NCBI GenBank assembly: GCA_030390025.1
Contig: CM059438.1
Location: 68,884,001-68,948,000, forward strand
DNA from: Squalus acanthias
Lineage: Eukaryota
Direction of reading: 5' to 3'
Length of the DNA: 64,000 nucleotides
In this document: piece after piece, positions 13,390 through 24,617 of the stretch
How positions within the stretch are numbered: the first letter of the stretch is position 1
Layout of the letters: every line of letters starts with the position of its first letter
The notes under the pieces: generated by a model
What the model was told of the DNA's origin: nothing
Databases searched by the model: none
Seen by the model: the letters and a program-made list of their open reading frames with translations, nothing else
Made by a program: the position numbers and the translations under genes

Positions 13390-13563
13390 GTCAGCTGTGG
13401 CTCTGTTGCAAGCAGAAAGTTGTGGGTTCAGGTCCCTCTCCAGGAACTTGAGCGCAAAAATCTAGGCTAACACTCCAGTGCCGTGCTGACAGAATGCTGT
13501 AAAGCACTTTGGGATGTCTGGTGGTCGTGAAAGGCGCTATATAAATGCAAGTCTTTCTTTCTT
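13390..13563 (+). mobile_element. DeuSINE, internally deleted (head fused to tail)
   Basis: The head GTGGGTTCAGG..CTTGAGCGCAAAAATCTAGGC joins directly to the tail GAAAGGCGCTATATAAATGCAAG. Confidence 0.7.
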
Positions 13564-13578
13564 TAAATCAAACTCTAT

Positions 13579-14282
13579 GGCCGGAATTTTCACAGGTAGG
13601 AACGGGTGGGTTGGAGGCGTGGGGTGGGGGGGGAAGTGAAAGTTGTGCAAATGTAAAACCCAACCCCAACCCGCCCACTTTCACCTTTCACTCAGGCGGG
13701 ACGGGGTTGGCAATTTAAATATTATAATAAGGCCTGAAGCCTCTACTTTAACCTGCTGTGCAGTTTTAACTGCAGGCGGCCAGGGATCCGGGGGCTCGGG
13801 ATCCCGGTAGCTGCAGTGAGGCGGCTTCAGCCTCGGGGAGCAACCCGTGTTGGCTGAGAGAAGCAGGAGTGCTTCCTCCTGGCCGCCCCAATCTCCCTCA
13901 CCAGAAACCTGTACCCCTGGAGGTCGGGGTTCAGACCCCCCCCCCACCGGGCCTGGAACACCCCCAATCCCCCCACCCAAGGATTGCGACTCAGCCCCGG
14001 GGTTGGGGATCGGACCCCTCCCCGGGATTGGACCCCCACTTGGGGGATCGGATCCCCTCCCCCAGCGGCTTACAAACCCTGACCTGCCCCCCAACCATCC
14101 TGGGCCCAACACCTACCTGGTCCTGCGGCCTCCTCATCCACGTTCTCCACACGACTGGAAGCCAGCCTGGCAATCAGGCTGACTTCCATGCAGGGATCCC
14201 TCCCTTTCCGTCGCATGCACACTGTGGAGTTAAAACACCACAGCATGCCGGGAAACCCGGTGGGACCCGGAGAAATCCAGCC
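13579..14282. mobile_element. GC-rich TIR MITE (Harbinger-type ends)
   Basis: Ends GGCCGGAATTT / AAATCCAGCC. The internal TTTAAATATTATAAT..GAAGCCTC motif recurs inverted at ~58105-58136. The TSD is unclear. Confidence 0.65.
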
Positions 14283-14561
14283 TTGTATGTGAGTTTTCTG
14301 TCACAGATTCTCAACACTTCAATTTACAACAAATGAAGAAATGTGTTGCTTCCCCTCATAAAATTAAAAAAAAATGAGAGAATGTTTTCCCTTTTCCTCT
14401 AATTATGGACCTGCCAACAAAATCACATTCTCAGGAAGCATGCATTTTCAGTTTCGTTAGCAGCTTGATAATTAGAGAGAAAACACCCGTTATCCCACTT
14501 CGTTTAAAAGAGCAATTACTATCCCCTCACATTGTTCTAGTGTTGTTCTCAATCTTAATGG

Positions 14562-15620
14562 AACAACAACTTGTATTCATATAGCGCCTTTAACATAGTA
14601 AAACTTCCCAAGACGCTTCACAGGAGTATGAAATTGGGCCAGAAATTCGGGTCTCCACGTGTGAGTACGCGCTGTGTACTCACCCGTAGACCCAACGAAA
14701 GTGCCGGTTTCCTGCATGCACTGCGCATGTGCTGGAAACCGGAACTTCCGTTCCCCTGAAGGAAGGGGTTCAGAGGTCGAACGCCTGCGCCGGAGAGGCA
14801 GAGCGCATGCAGCGAACTTCATTTTTTTTTTCAGGTTTCTCTGTGAGGGTAAGTATGGAGAAGCTGCGCAGGAAAAAAGGAGGCGCAAGGCCTGTTTTTA
14901 ACAAGGTAAGTGGTGAATTAAGTACTATTTAAAGATTTTTTCAACAGGTTTATCTTTTTTACATACTTTAAAGAAAGGTAAGTTTATTTTTAGCACCGTT
15001 AAGAAGTGTAATTAATTTTTTCAAAAATTTACATTTTTGTTTACAGTAGTTAATTTATTTAATTTATAGTTATTTTAAAAATGTGATTTTTTTTTTATTT
15101 GAAGTTTTAGTGAGGTTTTGGGGCTGATCTCTAGTCATAGATTTGACAGGCCTTCCTGTCAAAATCTATGAATGGAGATTCCCTGTTCCTTGTGGCTCTC
15201 CATGGCCCACGTGATCCCAGGGGACGCTTCGAACTAACTGCGCCCCTGGGATACGCAAGTACTGCGCGCCGGCAGCTGCAGGAGGCCCAGGAGCCGAATT
15301 TCACGCGGGCCCGAAGCACAACGGCAGGCGCGGTAGGTAAGTACGCGCGCAATCCTTGCACCCGCGGGAAGCCGGAGAGCCGAATTTCTGACCCAAAATA
15401 TTTGACACCGAGCCACACAAGGAGAAATTAGGGCAGGTGACCAAAAGCTTGGTCAAAGGGGTAGGTTTTAAGGAGCGTCTTAAAGGAGGAAAGAGAGGTA
15501 GAGAGGCAGAGAGGTTTAGGGAGGGAATTCCAGAGCTTAGGGTCTAGGCAACAGAAGGCCCGGCTACCAATGGTTGAGCGATGATAATCAGGGATGCTCA
15601 AGAGGGCAGAATTAGTGGAA
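14562..15620 (-). mobile_element. L2-like LINE 3' end, split by a MITE
   Basis: The (CAA)n tail and ATAGCGCCTTT match the reverse of the DeuSINE-type tail. The sequence resumes after the MITE with TTTAGGGAGGGAATTCCAGAG (reverse of the LWNSLP codons). Confidence 0.7.
14636..15394 (+). mobile_element. TIR MITE 'family A'
   Basis: TIR GGGCCAGAAATTCGG vs GGGTCAGAAATTCGG (14/15). It is collinear with 58698-59457. Confidence 0.9.
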
Positions 15621-16109
15621 GTTCAAAGGCTGTGGATTGAGTGAGCCCACTGGTGTTTGGCATAAAAACCTCAAAAGTAAAAAGGTGTTAACCAGACAGT
15701 TGATGAAAATGAGCAAGTTGTCTCCCAGGGCGAAAGATATAACATAACATCGCAATATAATGTACGGAAAGAGCAATACATTTTTCTGCCGTCACATTTA
15801 TATTGTTAAACTGTTGGGAGGCTTCCAAGTTATTTTAATAAAATTCATGAAACTGTGAGATAGAAGAGGAAACAGGTTGATGGTTTCAGTTGTGTTGCAA
15901 GAAACCAACAGATTGTTTATCGTAGCACTATAGCTCCAGAGTAAAAAATCTCCATCTCATTCTGAAATTGTGATCCTTCATACAACCTTTTAAGTTTTTC
16001 AAAGGAAATTTGACCAAAAAGCAAATAACAGCAGAAAGGATTAATCTTATCTTCAATATACTTTATTGAATTTTAAGGGAAAAAAGGGATAACAGAGATA
16101 GAGGAGGAA

Positions 16110-16660
16110 TAGCGAATTTTACACGGCAAGCACAAAGGAGTTTCCGCTCGGTTAGCGTTTTTTTCTTCCGCGCAATTCGCCCGAAATCAGCCAAACAAGC
16201 GCAAAAGATCACGGAATTTCAAGCGCAAATTATGTCCCGTGCAAATCTAGTTTCCGCGATCTTTTGCGCTAGTTTAAAAAATATTGCACTAGAAGCTGAT
16301 CCCGTAGACAAACCTGGCCACGGCCCCAGGGTGAAATAATCAGCATGGCGAGTTTCCGCTAATTGTGTCCGTTTGCGGGGCCTTCGAGGAGGTTATAAAA
16401 GTTCAGCTTTTTGGGGGTCCAAGGACACGAATAGACACCTTTTAAAAGCTTTTGTACAAAAATGTTTTTTTAAGTTTACAGAGAAACTGACTACTATACA
16501 CCAATGTAACTACTAAATGGTTCTGTTTAGTTTTTTTAAAGTCATTTTCAGTTATTTAAAATTGGGTTACTCACAGGTTACTCTGATTAAAAATGCTTAT
16601 TTTTTGTGATTAACCCATTTTCAGCTGTGTTAGTCAAACTGCACCAAATTACCACTCTTA
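16110..16660. repeat. CpG-rich DNA-transposon/MITE fragment
   Basis: Repeated AGTTTCCGC motifs and an 18/19 inverted repeat (16198-16216 vs 16252-16270), followed by a MITE-like AT tract. Its ends are unresolved. Confidence 0.45.
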
Positions 16661-19600
16661 GCCCGCCTCCGAACCATCTTTCTGGGAGGCGGGTCCCCGA
16701 CTCGCTCAGGGACCCGTCTCCTAGCAGCGGGAAGGGGATTAGAGCCAATTAACTGCCTGTTAACAGGTAGTTAACAGGCAGTTAAGAGGCTCTTCACCAT
16801 TTTACGCCTGCTGATGTGGGCTTCCCGACGTCGGGAAACACCGCCAGGGTCATCGAGGTGAGCAGTGGGTCTGCGGGGGTGAGAGGGGTCATAATGTCAG
16901 CTGTAGAGGTGAGTGATGGGTGAAAGTGTGGAGAGGTAAGTATGACTGGGTATTATGTAATGAGAAAGGATTAATTAGCAATCTTGTTGTGCGAGGCCCC
17001 TTAGGGAGGAGCGATCATAATATCTTCATTAAGATGGAGAGTGAATTAGTTGACTCAGAGACGAGGGTCCTGAATTTAAATAAAGGAAACTATGATGGTA
17101 TGAGGCGCGAGTTGGCTAAGATGGATTGGGGAGCATTACTTAAAGGGTTGATGGTGGATCAGCAATGGCAAACATTTAAAGATCGCATGGATGAACTACA
17201 GAATTTGTTCATCCCTGTTTGGCTTAAAAATAAAACAAAAAAGGTGACTCAACCGTGGCTAACAAGGGAAATTAGGGACAGCATAAGATCCAAGGAGAGA
17301 ACATATAAATTGGCCAGAAAAAGCAGCAAACCTAAGGATTGGGAACAGTTTAGGATTCAGCAAAGGAGGACAAAGGGATTAATTAAGAGGGGGAAAATAG
17401 AATATGAGAGTAAGCTTTCAGGGAACATAAAACTGACTGTAAAAGCTTCTATAGATATGTGAAGAGAAAAAGATTGGTGAAGTCAAGCGTAGGTCCCTTG
17501 CAGTCAGAATCAGGGGAATTTATAGTGGGGAACAAAGAAATGGCAGACCAATTAAATACATACTTTGGTTCTGTCTTCACAAAGGAGGACACAAATAAAC
17601 TGCCAGAGATGTCGGGGAACATAGGGTCTAATCAGAGAGAGGAATTGAATGAAATCAGTATTTTGGGGGAAATGGTGTTAGGGAAATTGACGGGATTGAA
17701 GGCCGATAAATCCCCAGGGCATGATAATCTACATCCTAGGGTACTTAAGGAAGTAGCCCTAGAAATAGTAGATGCATTGCTGGTCATCTTTCAAAATTCT
17801 ATAGACTCTGGAACAGTTCCCATGGATTGGAGGGTAGCTAATGTAACCCCACTATTTAAAAAAGGTGGTAGAGAAAAAACAGGGAATTAAGCCTGACATC
17901 GGTAGTGGGGAAAATGCTGGAGTCCATTATAAAAGATGTAATAGCAGAGCACTTGGAAAACAGTGACAGGATCGGACAAAGTCAACATGGATTTACAAAA
18001 GGTAAATCATGCCTGACTAATCTACTGGAATTTTTTGAGGATGTAACTGGTAGAATAGATAAGGGAGAACCAGTGGATGTGGTGTATTTGGACTCTCAGA
18101 AGGCTTTCGATAAGGTCCTGCATAAGAGATTAGCGTGCAAAGTTAAAGCACATGGGATTGGGGGTAAGGTATTGATTTGGATAGAGAACTGGTTGGCAGA
18201 CAGGAAGCAAAGAGTTGGAATAAACGAGTCTTTTTCCGAGTGGCAGGCAGTGACTAGTGGGGTACCGCAGGGATCGGTGCTAGGACCCCAAATATTCACA
18301 ATATATATTAATGATCTAGACGAGGGAACTAGATGTAATATCTCTAAGTTTGCAGACGACACAAAGCTGGGTGGGCATATGTGCTGTGAGGAGGATGCAG
18401 AGAAACTCCAGTATGATTTGGACAAGTTGGGTGATTGGGCAGATGCATGGCAGATGCAGTATAATGTGGATAAATGCGAGGTTATCCACTTTGGTGGCAA
18501 AAACAGGAAGGCAGATTATTATCTGAACAGCAATAAATTGGGAAAAGAGGAAGTGCAACGAGATCTGGGAGTCCTTGTGCACCAGTCACTGAAGGTAAGC
18601 ATGCAAGTACAGCAGGCGGTTAAGAAGGCAAATGGTATGTTGGCCTTCATAGCGAGAGGATTCAAGTACAGGAGCAAGGATGTCTTGCTGCAGTTGTACA
18701 AGGCCTTGGTGAGACCACACCTTGAGTATTGTGTGCAGTTTTGGTCGCCTTATCTGAGGAAGGATGTTCTTGCCATGGAGGGAGTGCAGCGAAGATTTAC
18801 CAGACTGATACCTGGGATGGCAGGAATGATGTATGAAGAGAGATTGGGTCGATTAGGCTTATATTCGCTAGAGTTTAGAAGAATGAGAGGGGATCTCATT
18901 GAAACTTATAAAATTCTAACAGGACTAGACAGACTAGATACAGGAAGGATGTTCCCGATGGCAGGGGAGTCCAGAACCAAGGGCCATAGTCTAAGGATAA
19001 GGGGTAAGCCAGTTAGGACTAAGATGAGGAGGAATTTCTTCACCCGGAGAGTGATGAACCTGTGGAATTCTCTACCACAGAAGGCAGTTGAGGCCAATTC
19101 ATTAAATATATTCAAGAAGGAGATAGATATATTTCTTAAGGCTAAAGGGACCAAGGGATATGGGGAGAAAGCAGGGACAGGATACTGAATTTGGATGATC
19201 AGCCATGATCTCATTAAATGGCGGATCAGGCTCGAGGGGCCGAATGGCCTACTCCTGCTCCTATCTTCTATGCTTCTATGAGAGGTGAGTGTAAAGTGTT
19301 GGAAAAGTTTCCTTACCTTTGCTTCTTACTGCAGGCTTCAACCTTTGATGATCCGGAGGTGCCTCATCTCAACGGCAGAGATGACAGAATGGCTGCTGCA
19401 TTCTCAGATGCAGCAGCCATCTGCTTTCTGCTGAGTAGAGAGGTCTTGGTGAGCCTGTGTGCAAGGGCTCACATTAGAACAGAGATTGTCAGTGTTTGAC
19501 AGCTTCTCAAAGCTGTCAAACTCTGACAATTCATCTGTCAAAAAAGTTTCGACAGATGAAACGTCATACACTGACGTTATCTGTCACCGGCTTTCCCTTT

Positions 19601-19723
19601 ATTGGCCGGCAAGGCCAATCAAGGGAAAATAGCATGGGTTGGTCAGACATCGTTGGTTGCGGGACTGAAACCCGGAAACCAGAAGTCCCGACTCCAGCAT
19701 GTCTCCATTGAGAAATCCAGCCC
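16660..19723. mobile_element. TIR MITE (left end lost) hosting a CR1 insertion
   Basis: The right end AAATCCAGCCC (to 19723) matches the TIR type of 56226-57027. The CR1 is flanked by GAGAGGTAAGT (16931-41) / GAGAGGTGAGT (19280-90). Confidence 0.6.
16942..19279 (+). mobile_element. 5'-truncated CR1 LINE (end of EN + RT, frameshifted)
   Basis: Motifs SDH, KSPG.DN, QHGF..GKSC, GVPQGSVLGP and KFADD, plus a TTCTATG-type tail. Confidence 0.95.
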
Positions 19724-21055
19724 TCAGTGTCTGTTTCATTCGTAAAATTATAAGGGCTTGAAAAGAAACAGAATTTACACACAATCTTAAAATTACAAGA
19801 CCAACACACAATTTAGGAAAATAGATCATGACCTCTCTAACCAGCATGCATTTAACCTTAACCAGAAAATAGTATCTTTATCAATATTCTTACCTGACTC
19901 TATTGTCTATAACACAATTAATGTGCTCAACATCCTTCTTACAGTCCCTTCAATAGCTCAGAATAGGAGATCCATGTATGATTTTGATTACACTGTTTAA
20001 GACTGTGTGGTAGCGTTTTCGAAAGCATATAAATAGTAAACGGGCAGTAAAAGGAGGGGTGGGGTCAATTAGGGACCAAAAAGGAGACCTACGCATAGAG
20101 GCAGAGGGTATTACTGAGGTACTAAATGAATACTTTGCATCTGTCTTTACCAAGGAAGAAGATGCTGCCAAAGTCATGGTGAAATAGGAGGTAGTGGAGA
20201 TACTGGAAGGGATAAAAATTGATAAAGAGGAAGTGCTAGAAAGGCTGGCTGTACTTAAAGTAGATAAGTCACCAGGACCAAGAGGGTTGATGAGGGCAAT
20301 GCAGTTGATGTGGTGTACATGGACTTCCAAAAGGTGTTTGATAAAGTGCAACATAATAGGTTTGCCAGCAAAGTTGAAGCCCATGGAATAAAAGGGATAG
20401 TGGCAGCATGGATATGAAATTGGCTTAGTGACAGGAAACAGAGTAGTGGTGAATGGTTGTTTTTCAGACTGGAGGAAAGTACACAGTGGTGTTCTCCAGG
20501 GGTCGGTATTGGACTACTGCTTTTCTTGATATATATTAATGACTTGGACGTGGGTGCACTGGGCACAATTTCAAAATCTGCAGATGATACAAAACTTGGA
20601 AGTATAGTGAACAGTGAGGAGGATAGTGATAGAATTCCAGAGGACATTGACAGGCCGGTGGAATGTGCGGACACGTGACAGATGAAATTTAACGCAGAAA
20701 AGTGCAAAGTGATACAATTTGGTCGGAAGAACGAGAAGTTAATGGGGGAAAAATTCAGTTGGTTGCGCCTCCCGTTAGCACCTTAAGAGGGCGCTAATGG
20801 GGCGCAAAGCAGCTAGCGCCCAGGCGCAGCGATGTTTGCGCCGCTCGGGAACTTAACTAGACATTTTGCGGCGGCGCTAAACTTTATCGCCGCGATCTCC
20901 TGCGCGCGCAGATTGTGACGTCATACGAGAGTGCAACGCCCTTGTGGCACCCCGGAGCAGAATTTCAGTGGCGCCCCCATCCTTACCGCCTGGCGCATCC
21001 AACGACCGGTAGAGTGGAACGCTATCATTCGCTGTGGGGCTGGGGGGGGGGGCGC

Positions 21056-21063
21056 TATTTAAA
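21056..21063 (+). promoter_or_regulatory. TATA-like box upstream of the transposase
   Basis: TATTTAAA lies ~200 bp upstream of the ATG, with a CRE (TGACGTCA) at 20916-23. The TATA-like box is conserved in the sister copy and both derivatives. Confidence 0.5.
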
Positions 21064-21256
21064 GGGGGCTTCTTCCTGTCTTTCTCTGTGGTGGACATTT
21101 TTGCACCACTCGTTCTGAGAGAGAGAGAGAGATTCGGAGAGAGAGAAAGAGAGACTTCTGCATTGAGTCAACACTGTGTGAGGTAGTTTTGGCTACTCAT
21201 CCTAACTTCGCTGGTACTTTGGTTTCTGGCCTTCATAACTTTGCTTGCTAAGAGAT

Positions 21257-22408
21257 ATGGGGGCTGCACTGATGGGGGGCGTCGTCCTGCGCCAGCTGAA
21301 TCGGAGGAGACAGAGACGCAGAGAGAGAGTGGCAATGATGGCCAGACGGAGGAGGGCCAACAGGCGTCTGTACAGGAGAGCTTACCCTCCCAGGGTATAT
21401 CGTGAACAGCTCTCCTACATTCATATGTCTGAGGAGCAGTGTCTGCGAAGGCTGCGCTTCAGCAAGGAGGTGGTCACTGAGCTCTGCCACCTGCTGCAGC
21501 CAGATCTGCAGCCTCAACTGAGGTCCAGGACGTCTCTGTCGGTGGCAGTGAAGGTCACAGTGGCTCTGAACTTTTATGCTACTGGTTCATTTCAATCTGC
21601 TGTTGGGGACATCGCCAATATCTCCCAATTCGCGGTGCATTGCTGCATCAGGAAGGTCACAAATGCTCTCTTTAAAAGGAGACGAGAGTTCATCTCTTTC
21701 CCCATGACCCCAGACAAGCAGCAAGAACGCGCTCTGGGCTTTGCGAGGATAGCGGGCTTCCCCATGGTGCAGGGCGCCATTGACTGCACGCATGTGGCTT
21801 TGCGTGCTCCGCATGAGAATGCTGAGGATTTCCGGAACAGAAAGGGGTTCCATTCCTTGAATGTTCAGTTGGTCTGTGACCACAGACAGCTGATACTCGC
21901 TGTCAATGCCCAGTATCCTGGCAGCTGCCACAATGCTTTCATCCTGCGCCAGACTACTGTGGCAGAACTTTTCGAGGCACCGCATCAGCCAGTTGGTTGG
22001 CTTCTCGGGGACAAGGGGTATCCACTGAGCACCTGGCTGATGACACCGCTCCGTACGCCCAACACCCCTGCTGAGCTGCGGTACAACGAGAGCCATCAAG
22101 CTACCAGGAACATCGTGGAGCACACAATCGGCGTGCTCAAGCAACGGTTCCGCTGTCTCGACCATTCTGGAGGAGCCCTGCAGTACTCGCCTGAGCGAGT
22201 TTCCAACATCGTAGTTGTGTGCTGCATGCTGCATAACATGGCAATCCTCAGGACCCAGCCAATGCCACCAGGCCTTGGAGCACCACCAGAGGAGGAGGAG
22301 GAAGAGGAGGAGGAGGAAGATCAGCAGCAGCACCAAGGCGTGAGGGCGGCCCACAATGGTGAAACTGCAAGGGCCGTCCGTCAGCGGCTGATAGCAAGCC
22401 GCTTCTAG
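21257..22408 (+). CDS. Harbinger DDE transposase (HARBI1-like family), 383 aa
   Basis: Uninterrupted ORF with an HTH region (FRFS-like LRFSK..ISQFAVH) and motifs [36 protein letters not shown] and CCMLHN. There are 35 residues between the second D and E. Confidence 0.93.
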   Translation: MGAALMGGVVLRQLNRRRQRRRERVAMMARRRRANRRLYRRAYPPRVYREQLSYIHMSEEQCLRRLRFSKEVVTELCHLLQPDLQPQLRSRTSLSVAVKVTVALNFYATGSFQSAVGDIANISQFAVHCCIRKVTNALFKRRREFISFPMTPDKQQERALGFARIAGFPMVQGAIDCTHVALRAPHENAEDFRNRKGFHSLNVQLVCDHRQLILAVNAQYPGSCHNAFILRQTTVAELFEAPHQPVGWLLGDKGYPLSTWLMTPLRTPNTPAELRYNESHQATRNIVEHTIGVLKQRFRCLDHSGGALQYSPERVSNIVVVCCMLHNMAILRTQPMPPGLGAPPEEEEEEEEEEDQQQHQGVRAAHNGETARAVRQRLIASRF

Positions 22409-22710
22409 GCCCCTGCTGTGGAAATGGCTTCTGCCATTGAGAACAGCATGAATGAACCCAACACGCAACCCCTAAGCCGGCCAAGGCACCAATGATTCCA
22501 AACACCAAACATGTATATTTTGTGTACCAAAACTTATTTATTTTACAAACTCTGTGTGTGTCATTTCTTCATGTCAAACTCATACAAATAAACACAAAAA
22601 AACAGTCATTACCATAACTGGTTCTCACAACCTGGAGATCATGTGCAAAACACTCAACAAAAGTTTGACCACGAACCTCGGCCTTTAATAAAAAAATGAC
22701 CAGCATTTTG

Positions 22711-24617
22711 TCACACCTCCGACATCGAGGGTGAACTCCTTCCCGTGCGCCCTTCCCCCCTTCTTACCCTACTGCTCCTCCGCAATGGGACCTCAGTGGC
22801 TGCAGCAAGGCTGGTGGAAGGCTGCTGACTGTCAGGCCCTGACAATGCAGATGCCCTTGAGGGACGGCCTCGACCAGTTCTGGGCCTGGAGGGCCCGGCT
22901 GCAGACTGCACCAACTCTGCATGGGCGGCAGCAGTCTGTCCTACAGGCGGTGGCAACTGCAGTGGAGAAGTGACAGTGGTGGCAGCAGGAATGCTGTCAT
23001 CTTGAGCGAGGACAGCAACTCCCTGCTCGACCGGCACACTGGCACTCCCACGGGGCAGCACCTCAGCATCCAGAGCAATCTGCTGGAGCACAGATTGCTG
23101 GCCTGCTGCGGCGCGGTGAGAGCCCCGGGGAAATGTGAACGAACCAGCGAGGATGGCAGCAGACAGTGCTCGCGTGGCCTCAATCTGAGTCTGCATGAGA
23201 GCAGTCTGAGATTGAATTGCAGCACTGAGCTTCAGTGTCGCATCCGCCTGCGCTGCAGCGAAGTGCTCCACACTCCTTGCCAGTGCTTCAATGCATTCGG
23301 GCACCCTACCCACTGCAGCCATGAGCTCAGTGTGCATGCCCACCGCCTGGGTGTTCATTTCCGCGATGAGCCGCTCCTCCTCTGCGTCCAGTGCAGCAGG
23401 ACTGGCTGGCATACTCTCCCTCCGGGGAGAAGGCCCCCGAGCTTCCCTACCCCCATCGCGTTGCTGCAGCCCGCTGGGTCCTGGAGCTTCACCCTCATCA
23501 GACCCTTCGCCCCTGCTCCCCTCCAGGGAAGGCATGTTCCCAGTGTCGGCATGGGCTTCCTCGGGAGAGGGTGGCACTGATGCTCCGGCTTCCTCTTCCT
23601 CCTCGGCTGCAGCTTCACTCCCACTGGCAGCTTGAGGGCCCGTCTCCTCAGCTGGTGAATCACCATCTGAAAGCAGGGAGGTACAAGAGTGGCTTTAGCA
23701 TGAGGACAGGGTGGCAGTAAGGGAGGAATAAGTGCAGCGAGTTAGTAAGTTGGATTGAAAGTGTCAAAGGCTGGTGTTGTGAGGGACAAGTGGAAGGACA
23801 GAGGACAGAAAGGTGATGACCTTACCATTGCTGTCCAGAACGGGGTCGGTGTCTCCAGTGGCGACGGGACCGATCACCCGGCTTGCCACAATCCTGTGGA
23901 CGCGCTCCTCAAGATCGCTGAGGGGTTGCAGCTGAGGCCGCCCTCCACCTGTCCGTTGCTGCTGTCTCCTATTATGCGCCAGCTTGGCCTGCAAGAAAAA
24001 GGACGGCATCTGAGTAAATATACAGCCATGGTCTTGCCTGAAGTGCCTCCCATAGGTGAATAGCCCTTACTGTATGCAGCCATGGTCTTGCCTGATGTGC
24101 CTCCCATAGGTGAATAGCCCTTACTGTATACAGCCATGGTCTTGCCTGATGTGCCTCCCATAGGTGAATAGCCCTTACTGTATACAGCCATGGTCTTGCC
24201 TGATGTGCCTCCCATAGGTGAATAGCCCTTACTGTATGCAAAGTATGGAATGTGTGTGTGTGCTTCATGAAAGGGCCACAGGTGTTGGATGAGTGTTGTT
24301 AATTGTGGTTTTAAGACCCTCTGGCCATAGAGTGAGGTTGAGATGGAGGGATGGAGAGGTATTGCAAAAAAGCCACTCACCCTGACGACCCGAGTGAGGT
24401 CGTTGAACTTTTTCCGGCATTGGACATGGGTCCTGGGCACCATGCTCCTGGAGGAGACGCGCTGAGCCACCTCCCTCCACACTCTTCTGTAGTCGCCCGG
24501 CAAAAGCCTCCTGCCACTCTCTGGGTACATTATTGCTCTTCGGCGCTGCACCGCGCCAACCAGAGCATCCAAGGCCCGCTCGGTGAAGCGCTCAGCTCGT
24601 TCTCTCACCCTCTCCAT
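22711..24617 (-). CDS. Harbinger Myb/SANT-like DNA-binding protein, 3 exons (24617-24381, 23988-23826, 23666-22711), 451 aa
   Basis: Exon 1 is the Myb/trihelix region (RF..W..VA..V..RT..QCRKKFNDL). Donors are GTGAGT and GTAAGG; acceptors are TTGCAG and TTTCAG. Exons of 237+163+956 nt join in frame, and identical splice sites occur in the sister copy. Confidence 0.85.
24019..24238. repeat. 54-bp tandem repeat x4 in Myb intron 1
   Basis: CAGCCATGGTC recurs at 24023, 24077, 24131 and 24185. Confidence 0.95.

Noticed and set aside
21257..22408. Calling this the host gene HARBI1
   Set aside because: It lies between TIRs with a TSD and has a decayed sister copy, so it is a transposon ORF.
21587..22468. 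Long antisense ORFs opposite the transposases (also 45746-46432)
   Set aside because: These are shadow frames of GC-rich coding sequence with no recognisable motifs, and their extents differ between copies.
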